Below are positions 1 to 10,429 of a stretch of 64,000 nt of DNA, in pieces; positions within the stretch are counted from its first letter, which is position 1; the number at the start of each line of letters is the position of its first letter. Source of the DNA: Flavobacteriales bacterium (GTDB lineage: Bacteria; Bacteroidota; Bacteroidia; JANQJC01); NCBI GenBank assembly GCA_028281825.1, contig JANQJC010000006.1:10076-74075 (forward strand), in the 5' to 3' direction. The notes beneath the pieces are model-generated. The model searched no databases, was not told where the DNA came from, and saw only the letters and a list, made by a program, of their open reading frames with translations. Position numbers and translations under genes: made by a program.

Positions 1-2
1 AA

Positions 3-383
3 GTGGATTGGGGAGATATCGCCCTGGAAATGCGTGAATTTATCAGGGATTATCTGATGACAGGAGAGCCAGTAGTATTGGAAGAAAATTTTGAAGAACC
101 CATAGCTGCCAACTCCACAGACTCTTTTGTTGAAGATGCCGAGCCTCAGTCGGAAATAGAGGTGCAAATAATAAGTATCTTAGAAGAATATGTAAGACCT
201 GCTGTAATGCAAGACGGTGGGCACATCTATTTCAAGGCATTTGACGAAGGCACTGTGAGCCTGGTGTTGCAAGGTGCCTGCAGTGGCTGCCCATCATCAA
301 CCGTGACTTTGAAAACAGGTATTGAAGGGCTGCTAAAAAGAATGGTTCCTGAAGTGAAAGAAGTTGTAGCCTATGAAGGCTAA
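3..383 (+). CDS. NifU-like Fe-S cluster protein (Nfu C-terminal domain), probably 5'-truncated by the window edge
   Basis: Translation ends ...HIYFKAFDEGTVSLVLQGACSGCPSSTVTLKTGIEGLL, with the CxxC Nfu-type motif. The ORF begins at the window start. Confidence 0.6.
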   Translation: MDWGDIALEMREFIRDYLMTGEPVVLEENFEEPIAANSTDSFVEDAEPQSEIEVQIISILEEYVRPAVMQDGGHIYFKAFDEGTVSLVLQGACSGCPSSTVTLKTGIEGLLKRMVPEVKEVVAYEG

Positions 384-3300
384 TGAAGCCATCCAGCCCA
401 AATAATTTCCTAAATTCGCCCCTTTCAAGCTCCTTTAAGCCGATGAACAATTACAGGCTTCTTAATAACATCTTTGGCTGGATAACTTTTGTCATTGCCA
501 CAGTGGTGTATATGCTCACTGTTGAGCCAACGGTAAGTTATTGGGATTGCGGGGAATTTATTGCTGCTGCATACAAACTTCAAGTAGGCCACCCACCGGG
601 TGCTCCCTTGTTTATGATGATTGCCCGCATTTTCACACTTATGGCTGGTGACGACGTCACACAAGTCGCCAAGTGGGTGAACATTTTATCGGGTTTGTGT
701 AGCTCGTTCACCATTCTGTTTTTGTTTTGGAGTATCACGGCTTTCGCTAAGAAAATTGTCTCGAAATCTGGTGAGTTGGACCAGGGAAAGACTATTGCTA
801 TTGTTGGTAGTGGATTAGTTGGTGCACTGGCATACACTTTTACAGACTCGTTTTGGTTTTCAGCGGTGGAAGGTGAAGTATACGCCATGTCGTCTTTCTT
901 TACTGCTATAGTGTTTTGGATGATATTGAAATGGGAAAGTGTAGCAGATGAAAAGCATAGTGATAGGTGGTTGATATTGATAGCCTATACTATGGGGCTA
1001 TCCATTGGTGTCCACCTTTTGAACTTATTGGCCATACCTGCTTTAGCTTATGTTTATTATTTCAAGAAATACAAGCCTACAACCAAAGGAGTATTTATTG
1101 CTGGTGGTATAGGCGTAGGAACACTTTTGTTTATACAATATGGTATTATACCAGGGGTGGTCAGTATAGCTTCTAAATTTGAGTTGTTCTTTGTAAACTC
1201 AATGGGCTTGCCATTCAACTCAGGATTGATAATCTATGCTATTTTGATAGTTGCAGTATTGGCAGGTGGTTTGTATTACACCACTAAGCTTAACCCTATG
1301 CCAATTGCCAATACACTGCTATTGGCATTTACTGTTATCCTCATTGGTTACTCATCTTATGCCTTAATAGTCATCCGCTCATCAGCTAATCCGCCGATGG
1401 ACGAAAATGACCCTTCTAATGTGTTTTCGCTATTGGCCTACCTTAACAGGGAACAATACGGTGATAGGCCCCTACTATATGGGCAGTATTACAACACACC
1501 GATGGAGATAGACAGGGAAAAGCGTCAATACAAGATGGAAGATGGCAAACCTGTTTACTACCCCGGCGAAAAAGATGGAGAAGACAGTTACCTGATAGGT
1601 GACGACAGGAAAGAGTCAATACCAGTATACGTAAAAGAACTGTGCACCTTTTTCCCGAGGATGTATAGCAGCCAGAGCCATCATATTCAATCCTACAAAA
1701 GCTGGGCAAATATCAAGGGGAAAAAAGTGAGGCTAAAAAACAGGCCTGATGTAGATGAAATTGTACAACCCACTTTTGTAGAAAACTTAACCTTCTTTTT
1801 CAAATACCAAATAGGCCATATGTACTTCCGCTACTTTATGTGGAATTTCGCTGGTAGACAAAATAACATTCAAGGGCATGGTGGTATTGTAGAAGGCAAC
1901 TGGATAAGTGGTATACCTTTTATTGACAATTATTTATTGGGTTCCCAAGAAGGTTTGCCTGATGACATGGCTAGCAACCATGGAAGAAACCATTTTTATT
2001 TGCTACCACTCATACTAGGGTTGATTGGTATTTATTACCAATTTAGTTGGGATAGTAAGGATGGCTTTGTAGTATTCCTACTGTTCTTCTTCACTGGTTT
2101 GGCTATTGTACTTTACCTCAATCAATATCCAAATCAGCCAAGAGAAAGAGATTATGCCTATGCAGCTTCCTTCTATGCTTTCTCCATTTGGATTGGCCTG
2201 GCAGTACTAGCCATTTATGATTTTCTTTCAAAGAAGGTTCCAGCTAGCATTTCGGCGGCTATCGCCACAGGGGCATGTTTAATTGCTGCGCCTGTTGTTT
2301 TGGCAAGCGATGGATGGAATGACCATGACCGTTCTGGTAGATACATGGCTCATGACTTGGCGCATAATTACCTAAATTCATGCGCACCAAACGCCATCCT
2401 GTTTACTAATGGAGATAATGACACTTTCCCATTATGGTATGCGCAAGAAGTAGAAGGGATAAGAACTGATGTACGTGTAGTGAACCTGAGCCTCCTTGGC
2501 ACAGACTGGTATATCAACCAGATGAAACGCAGGGCTTATGAGTCGGCGCCATTGCCTATTTCGTTTACTGAAGACCAAATAAGACAAGGTACCCGAGACT
2601 TTTTGCCAATAGTAGAAAAAGGGCTTGAGGGGTATACTGACTTGAAACGTATAATGAACTTTATAGTGAGTGATAAGCCTGGCGCGAAAGAGGATATTTA
2701 TGGTGATATAACTAATTATATCCCTACCAAGAAGTTCAGTATTCCTGTTGATTCGGCTTATATCATTGACAATGAAATTGTACCCAGAAAGGATGCTGAC
2801 AAGGTTCTTAGCAGTCTTAACTGGGAGATAGATAAGCGCTATGTAATCAAAAACGATATGGCGGTTATGAGCATCCTGGCTAATAACAACTGGGAAAGGC
2901 CTGTTTATTTTGCAGTAACCGTTGGCAATGATGCCTATCTCAACCTTGAAAACTTTTTCCAACTGGAAGGATTGGCTTATCGTGTTGTGCCTGTTAGGGC
3001 CAAATTGGGAGCCTATAGAGGCCGGGTGAATACCGATGTGATGTACGATAACGTGATGAACAAATTTAAATGGGGTGGCATCAACAACCCAGAGTTGTAC
3101 ATGGACCCAGAGACCAAAAGGTTAACCACCAGCTTGAGAATACACATGACCCGCTTGGCAGAAGCCCTAATGGAGGAAAACAAAAATGACTCTGCAATAG
3201 CAGTATTAGACAAGTTGATTACTGAAGTGCCCAATGAAACAGTTCCGTATAACTTCCTGATGATATCAGTTGCCGAGTTGTATTATGAATTGGAGCAAAC

Positions 3301-3541
3301 GGAAAAGGCAAATACTGTTGTGAAAATATTGGCTGATACTTACGACGCTCACTTACATTATTACCTGAAGATGAAACCTAGGTTTTTGTCTATGGCCCAA
3401 ACCGAGGTGAGCGAGGCTATCTCTATTACACAGCGTCTATTAGAGGCTACCATGACTTACCAGCAGGACGAGCTGGCTGATGAAATTGAAGCGAAATTTA
3501 ATGTCGTTCAGGATAAGTACCTTGAAGTTATTGAAGAATAG
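383..3541 (+). CDS. Large polytopic membrane protein, DUF2723-like / GT-C (family 39-like) glycosyltransferase fold with a C-terminal soluble domain
   Basis: 1052-aa ORF. More than 10 predicted TM helices in the N-terminal 600 aa. Matches the pattern of ~1000-aa Bacteroidota DUF2723 proteins related to PMT/ArnT-type transferases. Confidence 0.5.
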   Translation: MKPSSPNNFLNSPLSSSFKPMNNYRLLNNIFGWITFVIATVVYMLTVEPTVSYWDCGEFIAAAYKLQVGHPPGAPLFMMIARIFTLMAGDDVTQVAKWVNILSGLCSSFTILFLFWSITAFAKKIVSKSGELDQGKTIAIVGSGLVGALAYTFTDSFWFSAVEGEVYAMSSFFTAIVFWMILKWESVADEKHSDRWLILIAYTMGLSIGVHLLNLLAIPALAYVYYFKKYKPTTKGVFIAGGIGVGTLLFIQYGIIPGVVSIASKFELFFVNSMGLPFNSGLIIYAILIVAVLAGGLYYTTKLNPMPIANTLLLAFTVILIGYSSYALIVIRSSANPPMDENDPSNVFSLLAYLNREQYGDRPLLYGQYYNTPMEIDREKRQYKMEDGKPVYYPGEKDGEDSYLIGDDRKESIPVYVKELCTFFPRMYSSQSHHIQSYKSWANIKGKKVRLKNRPDVDEIVQPTFVENLTFFFKYQIGHMYFRYFMWNFAGRQNNIQGHGGIVEGNWISGIPFIDNYLLGSQEGLPDDMASNHGRNHFYLLPLILGLIGIYYQFSWDSKDGFVVFLLFFFTGLAIVLYLNQYPNQPRERDYAYAASFYAFSIWIGLAVLAIYDFLSKKVPASISAAIATGACLIAAPVVLASDGWNDHDRSGRYMAHDLAHNYLNSCAPNAILFTNGDNDTFPLWYAQEVEGIRTDVRVVNLSLLGTDWYINQMKRRAYESAPLPISFTEDQIRQGTRDFLPIVEKGLEGYTDLKRIMNFIVSDKPGAKEDIYGDITNYIPTKKFSIPVDSAYIIDNEIVPRKDADKVLSSLNWEIDKRYVIKNDMAVMSILANNNWERPVYFAVTVGNDAYLNLENFFQLEGLAYRVVPVRAKLGAYRGRVNTDVMYDNVMNKFKWGGINNPELYMDPETKRLTTSLRIHMTRLAEALMEENKNDSAIAVLDKLITEVPNETVPYNFLMISVAELYYELEQTEKANTVVKILADTYDAHLHYYLKMKPRFLSMAQTEVSEAISITQRLLEATMTYQQDELADEIEAKFNVVQDKYLEVIEE

Positions 3542-3550
3542 CTTTACGGG

Positions 3551-5023
3551 TTATTGAGTTGGGTTAGGCTTTAAAGAATAAACCCGGATACTTCCTTTGT
3601 CAAAAAGCTTTTCATCAAAGTACTGTCGAATAGCTGGATTTTGGTCTGTTTTCCTATCATCACAATAAATGTATTGAGCTCCCTTTTGTATCATTTCTTC
3701 CAATGCATCACCAGTTAAGTAATTATCGTATCCCCATCCTTTTTTGTCCACATAGTAGAAGTAGATTACTTTGGTATGGTCGTTACCTGCCACACACAAG
3801 GCATCTTTTGGAACCAAGTCACGCAATTCATTTTTGTATACCAGAAAGTCTTTATTAAAGCCAGGGCTTTCCATATTCCACCTATCCTTCATTCGCAAAT
3901 AGGCTGTTAGTGGCAGGGTCAGCAACAATATGTACACCACATAAGTGAGATAAGGCTTGTCGCTACCCATCAGCTGATATGCGCCATAGGCCACTAATAT
4001 AAATAGCACAGGCATAAATGGAAACAAATAATAATCATGCACAGTTGATATCACGTTTATTTCAAAAAAGAAATAAGCAATGAGCGCAAACCCGGTGAGT
4101 GCAAAAGCCTTAAAGATAAGATTTGTACTCACCCTATTTCTCCACAAAAAGTAAAATGCCGCGATGAAAAATGGCACTGCAGCATAGTTAAGCAATAATT
4201 CTGGCAGGGTGGAAATGAGGTTATGTTGTATGTAGTAAAAAATGGTTGTTATATCAAGTTGATTACCTAACACTCCTGTCACAACACCTCCCTCTGTTCC
4301 CCACCCTGGTATCACCCACAAATACCAGGATAACGGCATAATCAATACCAGTGCAAAGAGAATAATAATCATCACCAATTGCTTCTGATTATAACTTTTT
4401 ATGTTGAACAAGAAATAGAAAAACGGCACTGCGAAAAAAATGACAAATGGAAGCTTGGTTAGAGTACCTAGGCTAAGTAGGAGGGCTGAAACCAAAAGGG
4501 TTACAGGCTTATTATTGGCAAGATACGCAATGAAAGTTGCAAGCCCCCAAATACCAAAGCATAAAGCTAAATTATCAGGCATTGGGTTAACTGTATAGTA
4601 GTAAAAAATAGGTGAAAAGTTGAAAGCCCATGCCCCGCAGACGCCAACAACTGGATTATCAAAAAGCCAATGAAGCAGAAAATACATACCGAAAACCGAT
4701 AGCAAGCCTATGAGAAAACTCAAAATTCTGGTGATTATTAGATGCTTACCAAAAAGCTTGTATACACCCGCAAATGACCATTGCATTATAGGAAACTCAA
4801 GCCTCACTATACCATCATCATCGCCCCTTGTGTTGAGCCTGGGGTTTAGTATATTAAAGTCTTCTTCGTAAAAATTATTGATGGTAGTTTGCGTTTGCAC
4901 CTGCCGCCATACATGTATGCTGACTAGCTCCTTGGGGAAAACATCCCAATGCATGATAAGGCTGATAATAGGGATAGATGCCAATACCATCCATCTTACT
5001 CTTTTTTGCTTCAGTAGTTCCAA
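3551..5023 (-). CDS. Polytopic membrane protein, glycosyltransferase family 39 (ArnT/PMT-like) candidate
   Basis: 490-aa ORF. About 11 hydrophobic helices followed by a ~120-aa soluble C-terminal domain. Convergent with the DUF2723-like gene. Confidence 0.4.
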   Translation of the reverse strand: MELLKQKRVRWMVLASIPIISLIMHWDVFPKELVSIHVWRQVQTQTTINNFYEEDFNILNPRLNTRGDDDGIVRLEFPIMQWSFAGVYKLFGKHLIITRILSFLIGLLSVFGMYFLLHWLFDNPVVGVCGAWAFNFSPIFYYYTVNPMPDNLALCFGIWGLATFIAYLANNKPVTLLVSALLLSLGTLTKLPFVIFFAVPFFYFLFNIKSYNQKQLVMIIILFALVLIMPLSWYLWVIPGWGTEGGVVTGVLGNQLDITTIFYYIQHNLISTLPELLLNYAAVPFFIAAFYFLWRNRVSTNLIFKAFALTGFALIAYFFFEINVISTVHDYYLFPFMPVLFILVAYGAYQLMGSDKPYLTYVVYILLLTLPLTAYLRMKDRWNMESPGFNKDFLVYKNELRDLVPKDALCVAGNDHTKVIYFYYVDKKGWGYDNYLTGDALEEMIQKGAQYIYCDDRKTDQNPAIRQYFDEKLFDKGSIRVYSLKPNPTQ

Positions 5024-5033
5024 TGTACAAGCC

Positions 5034-6488
5034 TTATTCCGCTAGTTCAAGCAATTGATACAAGATACTTTCATCACTTGGCCTTTTGGCGTTGGGCTCA
5101 ACTATAGCCCCATTTTTGTCCATTATCATATAGCGTGGGATGCTATTGATGCCAAAGTATTTACAGACCTCAGAGTTCCAGTTGCCAGGGGAGATCAAAT
5201 TCACGCCCTGCAAGTCGTATTGCTCAACCGCCTTTTTCCATGCATCTTCAGTAGCATCTATGGAAATATACAAGAATTCAATTTTCTTGCGTTGCTTTTT
5301 AGATAAGCTCTCATGCATTTTTTTAGAGTACGGAAATTGCTGCCTACATGGCCCACACCAGCTTGCCCAAAAATCGATGTAAACCACTTTACCTCTAAAA
5401 TCATCCAGACTTACTTCTTTGCCATTAAGGTTCTTAAATGTTATCGGGTATTCTGTGGTTTTACCTTTCTTGTCTTCTTTGGTCACTGCTGCTTTGGGTT
5501 TTACCTTTTCTGCACAGTTCTCTTTTATTGCAGACGCATATTTACCATTAGTATCAAAGGATACAATATTGGCTAACATTTCCTCATAAACATCCTCAGT
5601 TATACCTTCGCAGTTGTCGTACAAGTAGCGCGATAAAAAGCATAGGATTTGCTCATCACTCAAATTCCTGCGGGCAAAACCATATTTCGCCCTCATTGAC
5701 TCATTGTAATCTGTAAACTTTTGAAAATCCCTCTCTTTTGAAGTGAAGTAGACAACGTAATACTCTAAAAAGCTTTGATACTCTTTACATGAAAGTGCTG
5801 CATCATTATAAATCACGGTGTCCTTTATCTCGCTAATCATTACAGGCGGTAATGCACCAACCGTCATCAACTTAGTTTGATTAGAACGAATAATTGGGAA
5901 AGACAACAACAAGTCAAGGTAATTATAACGAATACGGTTTTGAATATATGTTTTGAAGGTCAAAGACAACAAATCATGGTTTTCATGCTTTTTCAAGAAA
6001 TCCAGTTCCGCAAGTCTGTTGTTAAAGATTTCTATCTCAAAAGCATCCACACTGGTTGAAGCCAATATTTTGTCCTCCCAAATTGGTTTATCAAAATGAT
6101 TCTCAAATTTTTCGTGAAACTCTTGCAAAAACACGCTTTCCGATACATTTCTACCCATCAAAACAATTTTGGGTGGAAATGCAAAGGCATCAACATAAAC
6201 CTGTGGTTCTGAACCTGAGTACATGAAAAGCTCCGCGCCAGCCTCCTTATATATCAAGGTGCCCGTAACTGGTTTCATTAATGGAAATTCAAACTCAAAG
6301 AACCCTCCCGATACGGGAATACGATAAGTATCTGACAGTGCCTCCAGATAGTAATTGTTTATCACCAACAGCACTTCATCCTGGTCTTGCCCATTAACTT
6401 CTCCACTTATTTTTATCTTCTGCGAAAACGCTTGAACACTTGCAATTAGAGCAAGGAAAAACAAGTAGTATCTAATTGATTTTATCAT
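5034..6488 (-). CDS. TlpA-like thioredoxin-family thiol-disulfide oxidoreductase with N-terminal extra domain, secreted
   Basis: Signal peptide MIKSIRYYLFFLALIASVQAFSQ. C-terminal FWASWCGPCRQQFP redoxin active site. Confidence 0.75.
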   Translation of the reverse strand: MIKSIRYYLFFLALIASVQAFSQKIKISGEVNGQDQDEVLLVINNYYLEALSDTYRIPVSGGFFEFEFPLMKPVTGTLIYKEAGAELFMYSGSEPQVYVDAFAFPPKIVLMGRNVSESVFLQEFHEKFENHFDKPIWEDKILASTSVDAFEIEIFNNRLAELDFLKKHENHDLLSLTFKTYIQNRIRYNYLDLLLSFPIIRSNQTKLMTVGALPPVMISEIKDTVIYNDAALSCKEYQSFLEYYVVYFTSKERDFQKFTDYNESMRAKYGFARRNLSDEQILCFLSRYLYDNCEGITEDVYEEMLANIVSFDTNGKYASAIKENCAEKVKPKAAVTKEDKKGKTTEYPITFKNLNGKEVSLDDFRGKVVYIDFWASWCGPCRQQFPYSKKMHESLSKKQRKKIEFLYISIDATEDAWKKAVEQYDLQGVNLISPGNWNSEVCKYFGINSIPRYMIMDKNGAIVEPNAKRPSDESILYQLLELAE

Positions 6489-6595
6489 ATCTCAAAACTG
6501 CTTCAAAGTTAATGAAACGTAAGAAAGCGATTATCTTTCTTTTATTATTAAAAAAGGATGCATGCATTCTAATATTCTATAATTTTGTACCCCTC

Positions 6596-8506
6596 ATGAG
6601 AAATTTCAAGCTAACTCTCTGTTTCGCAGTTTTTCTGCTGGTTTATGGGCCAAGCCTAAATGCCCAGAAACTAACCGAGTTTCCTGAGCACGTAAGTGAT
6701 GTAGCCGTTGATATACCTGTACCCTACAATTATAAAGCCAATCAGGAGTACAAGAAGATAGAAAAGACTTCACTCTATCTGCCTATGAAAGATGGTGTGA
6801 AACTAGCAGTGAATGTATACCTACCCAAAGGCCTTAAAGAAGGTGAGAAACTTCCCACTATTCTCTATCAAACGCGCTACTGGAGAGCAATTGGTTTCAG
6901 ATGGCCTTTGAATACCTTTATGGAAATGATACCCAGCACACCCAATTTCAATATGAAGGAATTTGTATTGAGTGGGTATGCCTTGGTGACAGTAGATGTA
7001 AGGGGAACAGGCGCATCTTATGGAACCAAAGACCTTACCTTACCCACCTGGAATGAAGTACAGGACGGAGCTACAATTATGGATTGGATTATCGAGCAGC
7101 CTTGGTCTGATGGACAAGTCGGAGCTACTGGTATATCATATATTGGTATTACAGCATTGTATTCCATGCTCAACCAACACCCAGCTTTGAAAGCTGTAGC
7201 ACCCTTGTATTCTGTGTTTGACTTGTATGATGATATTGCATTGCCAGGAGGTGTTTTAATTGAAACTTTCTTGGAAAAGTATGGCCGCTTCTGCAGTAGC
7301 CTTGACCAAAACGATTTAAGAAAAGGCTTTTTAGCCAAGCTATTGGTGAAAGGCGTTGACCCAGTAGATGGCCCTAAAAGCCTTTACAAGGCTGCATTCG
7401 CCGAGCACACTTGCAACTACTACCAGGTAGATGAATCGGGTAGCGCCGAGTTTATTAATGACCCATCAACACCAGCTGGTTTTCTTCTAAAGTATATCCT
7501 CAGTCCACACCAGCACATTGAAAAATTTAATAACGCAGGTATACCTATATACTCCTACAGTGGTTGGTGGGATTTAGCCTTCACGCATGCGGCTATCAAG
7601 CAATACGTGAATTTTACCCACCCAGATAATAAACTCATCCTGGGGCCTTGGAGCCACGGTGGAGTTATCAATGTTGACCCTACTAACCCCGAAGAGTCAG
7701 AATTTGACCACGTAGCCGAAGTCATCAAGTTTTTTGACTACCACCTTAAAGACATCGACAACAGCCTTGACGAAGAAGCACCAATCCACTACTACACCAT
7801 GGTAGAGGGCAAATGGAAAAGCAGTAATACCTGGCCACCCGAAGGTACTAGTAAAACCAACTATTACTTCTCCAGCAACAACACCTTGTCTGCTAAAACA
7901 GGGGAAGAAGGTTCAGATAAATTCATCACAGACCAAACCGTTGAAACTGGCAAGTACAGCCGCTGGAACCTTAGCAAAAAAGCTATTCCGAAAAATGGCT
8001 ACCCAGATAGACAAGAAGAAGACCAGCTGCGCCTGTGCTATACTTCAGAGCCTCTAAGCGATTACGTGGAAGTAACAGGCCACCCGGTAATCAGATTCTA
8101 CATGACATCATCCGCAAAAGATGTAGGGGTATTCGCTTACTTAGAAGACATTGATGAAAATGGCAAGGTAACCCGTGTTACAGAAGGCGTTTTCAGGGCA
8201 TTGCACAAAAAGCTACACGATGAAGCCCCTCACTACAAAGACGTAGTTCCTTACCATAGCTACAACCGCGAGGACGCCGAAATGCTCAGCGCCACAGAGC
8301 CCAGCCAAATTGTGTTTGACATGTACCCCACTTCTTACCTGTTTAAGAAAGGCCACAAGATAAGAGTAGCTATTTGTGGAAACGACGCCAATTTCTTCAA
8401 ACAGATTACCCCAAACGGCACCGAGTGGAAAATATACCATGGCGCTGAATACCCCAGCAGCATTGAGCTACCAGTGATGCAAAAAACATTGGGATACGAA
8501 AAATAG
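6596..8506 (+). CDS. CocE/NonD-family hydrolase (peptidase S15, X-Pro dipeptidyl-peptidase-like), secreted
   Basis: Signal peptide MRNFKLTLCFAVFLLVYGPSLNAQ. Motifs TILYQTRYW, VDVRGTGASYG, GISYIG. The ORF-track start at 6476 overlaps the divergent gene, so the internal ATG at 6596 is preferred. Confidence 0.75.
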   Translation: MRNFKLTLCFAVFLLVYGPSLNAQKLTEFPEHVSDVAVDIPVPYNYKANQEYKKIEKTSLYLPMKDGVKLAVNVYLPKGLKEGEKLPTILYQTRYWRAIGFRWPLNTFMEMIPSTPNFNMKEFVLSGYALVTVDVRGTGASYGTKDLTLPTWNEVQDGATIMDWIIEQPWSDGQVGATGISYIGITALYSMLNQHPALKAVAPLYSVFDLYDDIALPGGVLIETFLEKYGRFCSSLDQNDLRKGFLAKLLVKGVDPVDGPKSLYKAAFAEHTCNYYQVDESGSAEFINDPSTPAGFLLKYILSPHQHIEKFNNAGIPIYSYSGWWDLAFTHAAIKQYVNFTHPDNKLILGPWSHGGVINVDPTNPEESEFDHVAEVIKFFDYHLKDIDNSLDEEAPIHYYTMVEGKWKSSNTWPPEGTSKTNYYFSSNNTLSAKTGEEGSDKFITDQTVETGKYSRWNLSKKAIPKNGYPDRQEEDQLRLCYTSEPLSDYVEVTGHPVIRFYMTSSAKDVGVFAYLEDIDENGKVTRVTEGVFRALHKKLHDEAPHYKDVVPYHSYNREDAEMLSATEPSQIVFDMYPTSYLFKKGHKIRVAICGNDANFFKQITPNGTEWKIYHGAEYPSSIELPVMQKTLGYEK

Positions 8507-8621
8507 GCCTAAAAAGTACGATGTTATTCGGCGACTAAGATTTTCCGTGAGTCCCTCAGGGGTCTCGACGAAACTTTGTTTACTTTGTAAATAAATTACA
8601 CCATACACACTATTTACAACA

Positions 8622-9035
8622 TCACAAATCCTTAATCTCTGGAAATAAGTTCTTTGCATACCTATGTATTTCCATAATTTGATGCTTCGATATAGAATCA
8701 ATTGATTCAAGAGACTTCTCTATATAAAAGAAACAACTTTCACTGTTCACCATTCTTAAGAGTAACATACTTGCCCAATTCGGGCTCTTTTGAAAAAGGC
8801 TATACAAACGGTTTTTCATTAAAGAATTAACATATTTCTCATCTTCAATTGCTTCAACGGTATGTATAATCGAGAACATTACTTCTTCATATTCATAATT
8901 GTCTTCTAGGAACTCAATCAAACTAATAATTTGCTCTTCATCACCACCCTCATATATTGAAGCAAGAGCCAACTCTGCTAAGTCTAGATCCATCTTATCT
9001 AATCCATTCCTTAATTGCTTAAAATAATCCCCCAC
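8622..9035 (-). CDS. Hypothetical acidic helical protein (orphan)
   Basis: 137-aa ORF with no recognisable catalytic motif. Sits alone in an AT-rich stretch with ~300 bp of non-coding flank on each side. Resembles small immunity-type proteins only in general composition. Confidence 0.35.
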   Translation of the reverse strand: MGDYFKQLRNGLDKMDLDLAELALASIYEGGDEEQIISLIEFLEDNYEYEEVMFSIIHTVEAIEDEKYVNSLMKNRLYSLFQKSPNWASMLLLRMVNSESCFFYIEKSLESIDSISKHQIMEIHRYAKNLFPEIKDL

Positions 9036-9334
9036 ACTAATTGATTTTACGAGTTAGCTTCTAATTCTACTTTGATTGGCTAATTTACTTTTTCGATGAA
9101 TACAATACCTCTCATTGAGAGGAAGCGCTGAGGTTAAGGTGTAAGCGCAGGAATACTAACATCGTAGCTCCTAACTTTTGTTACTTATCTTCTCTCTTCT
9201 TTCACCTGACTCCCGATTTCTATTTTTTTTACTTTTTGTCTATTTTCGAGTAAATTTCTTTAAACAAGTTGCCCCAATCTGTTGTTAAAGCAGTAAAAAA
9301 TAATTAAAACCATAGTTATACGTTAATTTTTATC

Positions 9335-10246
9335 ATGAATGGTGATTATTCTATTAAGGACTTGGAAAAGCTTTCGGGCATCAAAGCTCACACTATTAGG
9401 ATATGGGAAAAGCGTTACAATATTATCCACCCTCAGCGCACTGACAGCAACTATCGTTACTATTGCGATACTGAGCTTAAGAAGCTCCTGAACATTGCGG
9501 TGCTCAATAATAATGGCTATAAAATCTCTCACATAGCCAAATTATCAGAGGACGATATCAATCAGGCATTACTAAGGGTAGCTGAAGCAGATACCAACTA
9601 CCAAACACAAATAGATAGTTTGGTGATAGCCATGGTAGACCTGGATAGAAATAAATTTGAGAGAATATTTAACCATAATATACTCAAGTTTGGCTTTGAA
9701 GATACCTTCCTGCATATTATATACCCACTATTGATGAAAGTGGGTGTGATGTGGCAAACCAGCAAGATTGACCCCTGTCAGGAACATTTCTTATCCAATC
9801 TCATTCGCCAAAAATTAATAGTGGCTATTGATGGGCAATACAAACCCCACCCCAAATACGATAAAGCTTTTTTGTTTTTCTTGCCTGAAGGTGAATTGCA
9901 TGAGCTTGGCCTATTATTCCACACCTACATGGTGAAGAAATATGGTTTTAGGGCTATATACCTGGGGCAAAGCGTTCCGTATGAAGACTTAATCGCCGTC
10001 TACGAAAAGCATAAACCTGACTACATGTTAACTGCTTTTGTTACTCCATGCGGCTCAGAAAAAATAACCAATTATCTTACCGGTTTATCCAAAGAATGCC
10101 CTGAAACAACTATCTATATCACTGGCTCCCAGGCATGCCAATGCACCTCGAATTTGCCCGAAAATGTCAAAACCCTGAGAACTGCAGAAGATTTCAAAGC
10201 CGAAATGAAGAATCTGGGAGCTCAATTCGAGCTTGAAAAGGTGTAA
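9335..10246 (+). CDS. MerR-family transcriptional regulator with C-terminal cobalamin-binding domain (LitR/CarH-like light-responsive regulator)
   Basis: N-terminal MerR HTH (IKDLEKLSGIKAHTIRIWEKRYNII...YRYY). C-terminal region has the ExHxxG B12-binding motif (PEGELHELGLL) followed by a Rossmann-like segment. Confidence 0.6.
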   Translation: MNGDYSIKDLEKLSGIKAHTIRIWEKRYNIIHPQRTDSNYRYYCDTELKKLLNIAVLNNNGYKISHIAKLSEDDINQALLRVAEADTNYQTQIDSLVIAMVDLDRNKFERIFNHNILKFGFEDTFLHIIYPLLMKVGVMWQTSKIDPCQEHFLSNLIRQKLIVAIDGQYKPHPKYDKAFLFFLPEGELHELGLLFHTYMVKKYGFRAIYLGQSVPYEDLIAVYEKHKPDYMLTAFVTPCGSEKITNYLTGLSKECPETTIYITGSQACQCTSNLPENVKTLRTAEDFKAEMKNLGAQFELEKV

Positions 10247-10264
10247 TAACCAGTTTTTTCTTTT

Positions 10265-10414
10265 GTTTAAACTTTACGTATTTGTTAATAAACGTTAATG
10301 TTTATTTACAATGTGCTGTATATCAGTGATTTATGTATTATAGTCATATTTTGTTTAAACTTTTTCTTGGTAGTTTAAACAATTTGTTTAATTTTGACGT
10401 TAAGAAGTTTAAAC
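10265..10414 (+). promoter_or_regulatory. Array of four perfect GTTTAAAC palindromes in the regulator-to-sigma-factor intergenic region (candidate operator/promoter elements)
   Basis: GTTTAAAC at 10265-10272, 10353-10360, 10373-10380 and 10407-10414. A GTTTAAT variant at 10386-10392. A CTTTAAAC variant upstream of the regulator at 9258-9265. Confidence 0.45.
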
Positions 10415-10429
10415 AAAAAATTTACAGCC

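Noticed and set aside
5055-5576. Three overlapping plus-strand ORFs (83-87 aa).
   Set aside because: They lie entirely antisense within the thioredoxin-family gene and are shadow ORFs.
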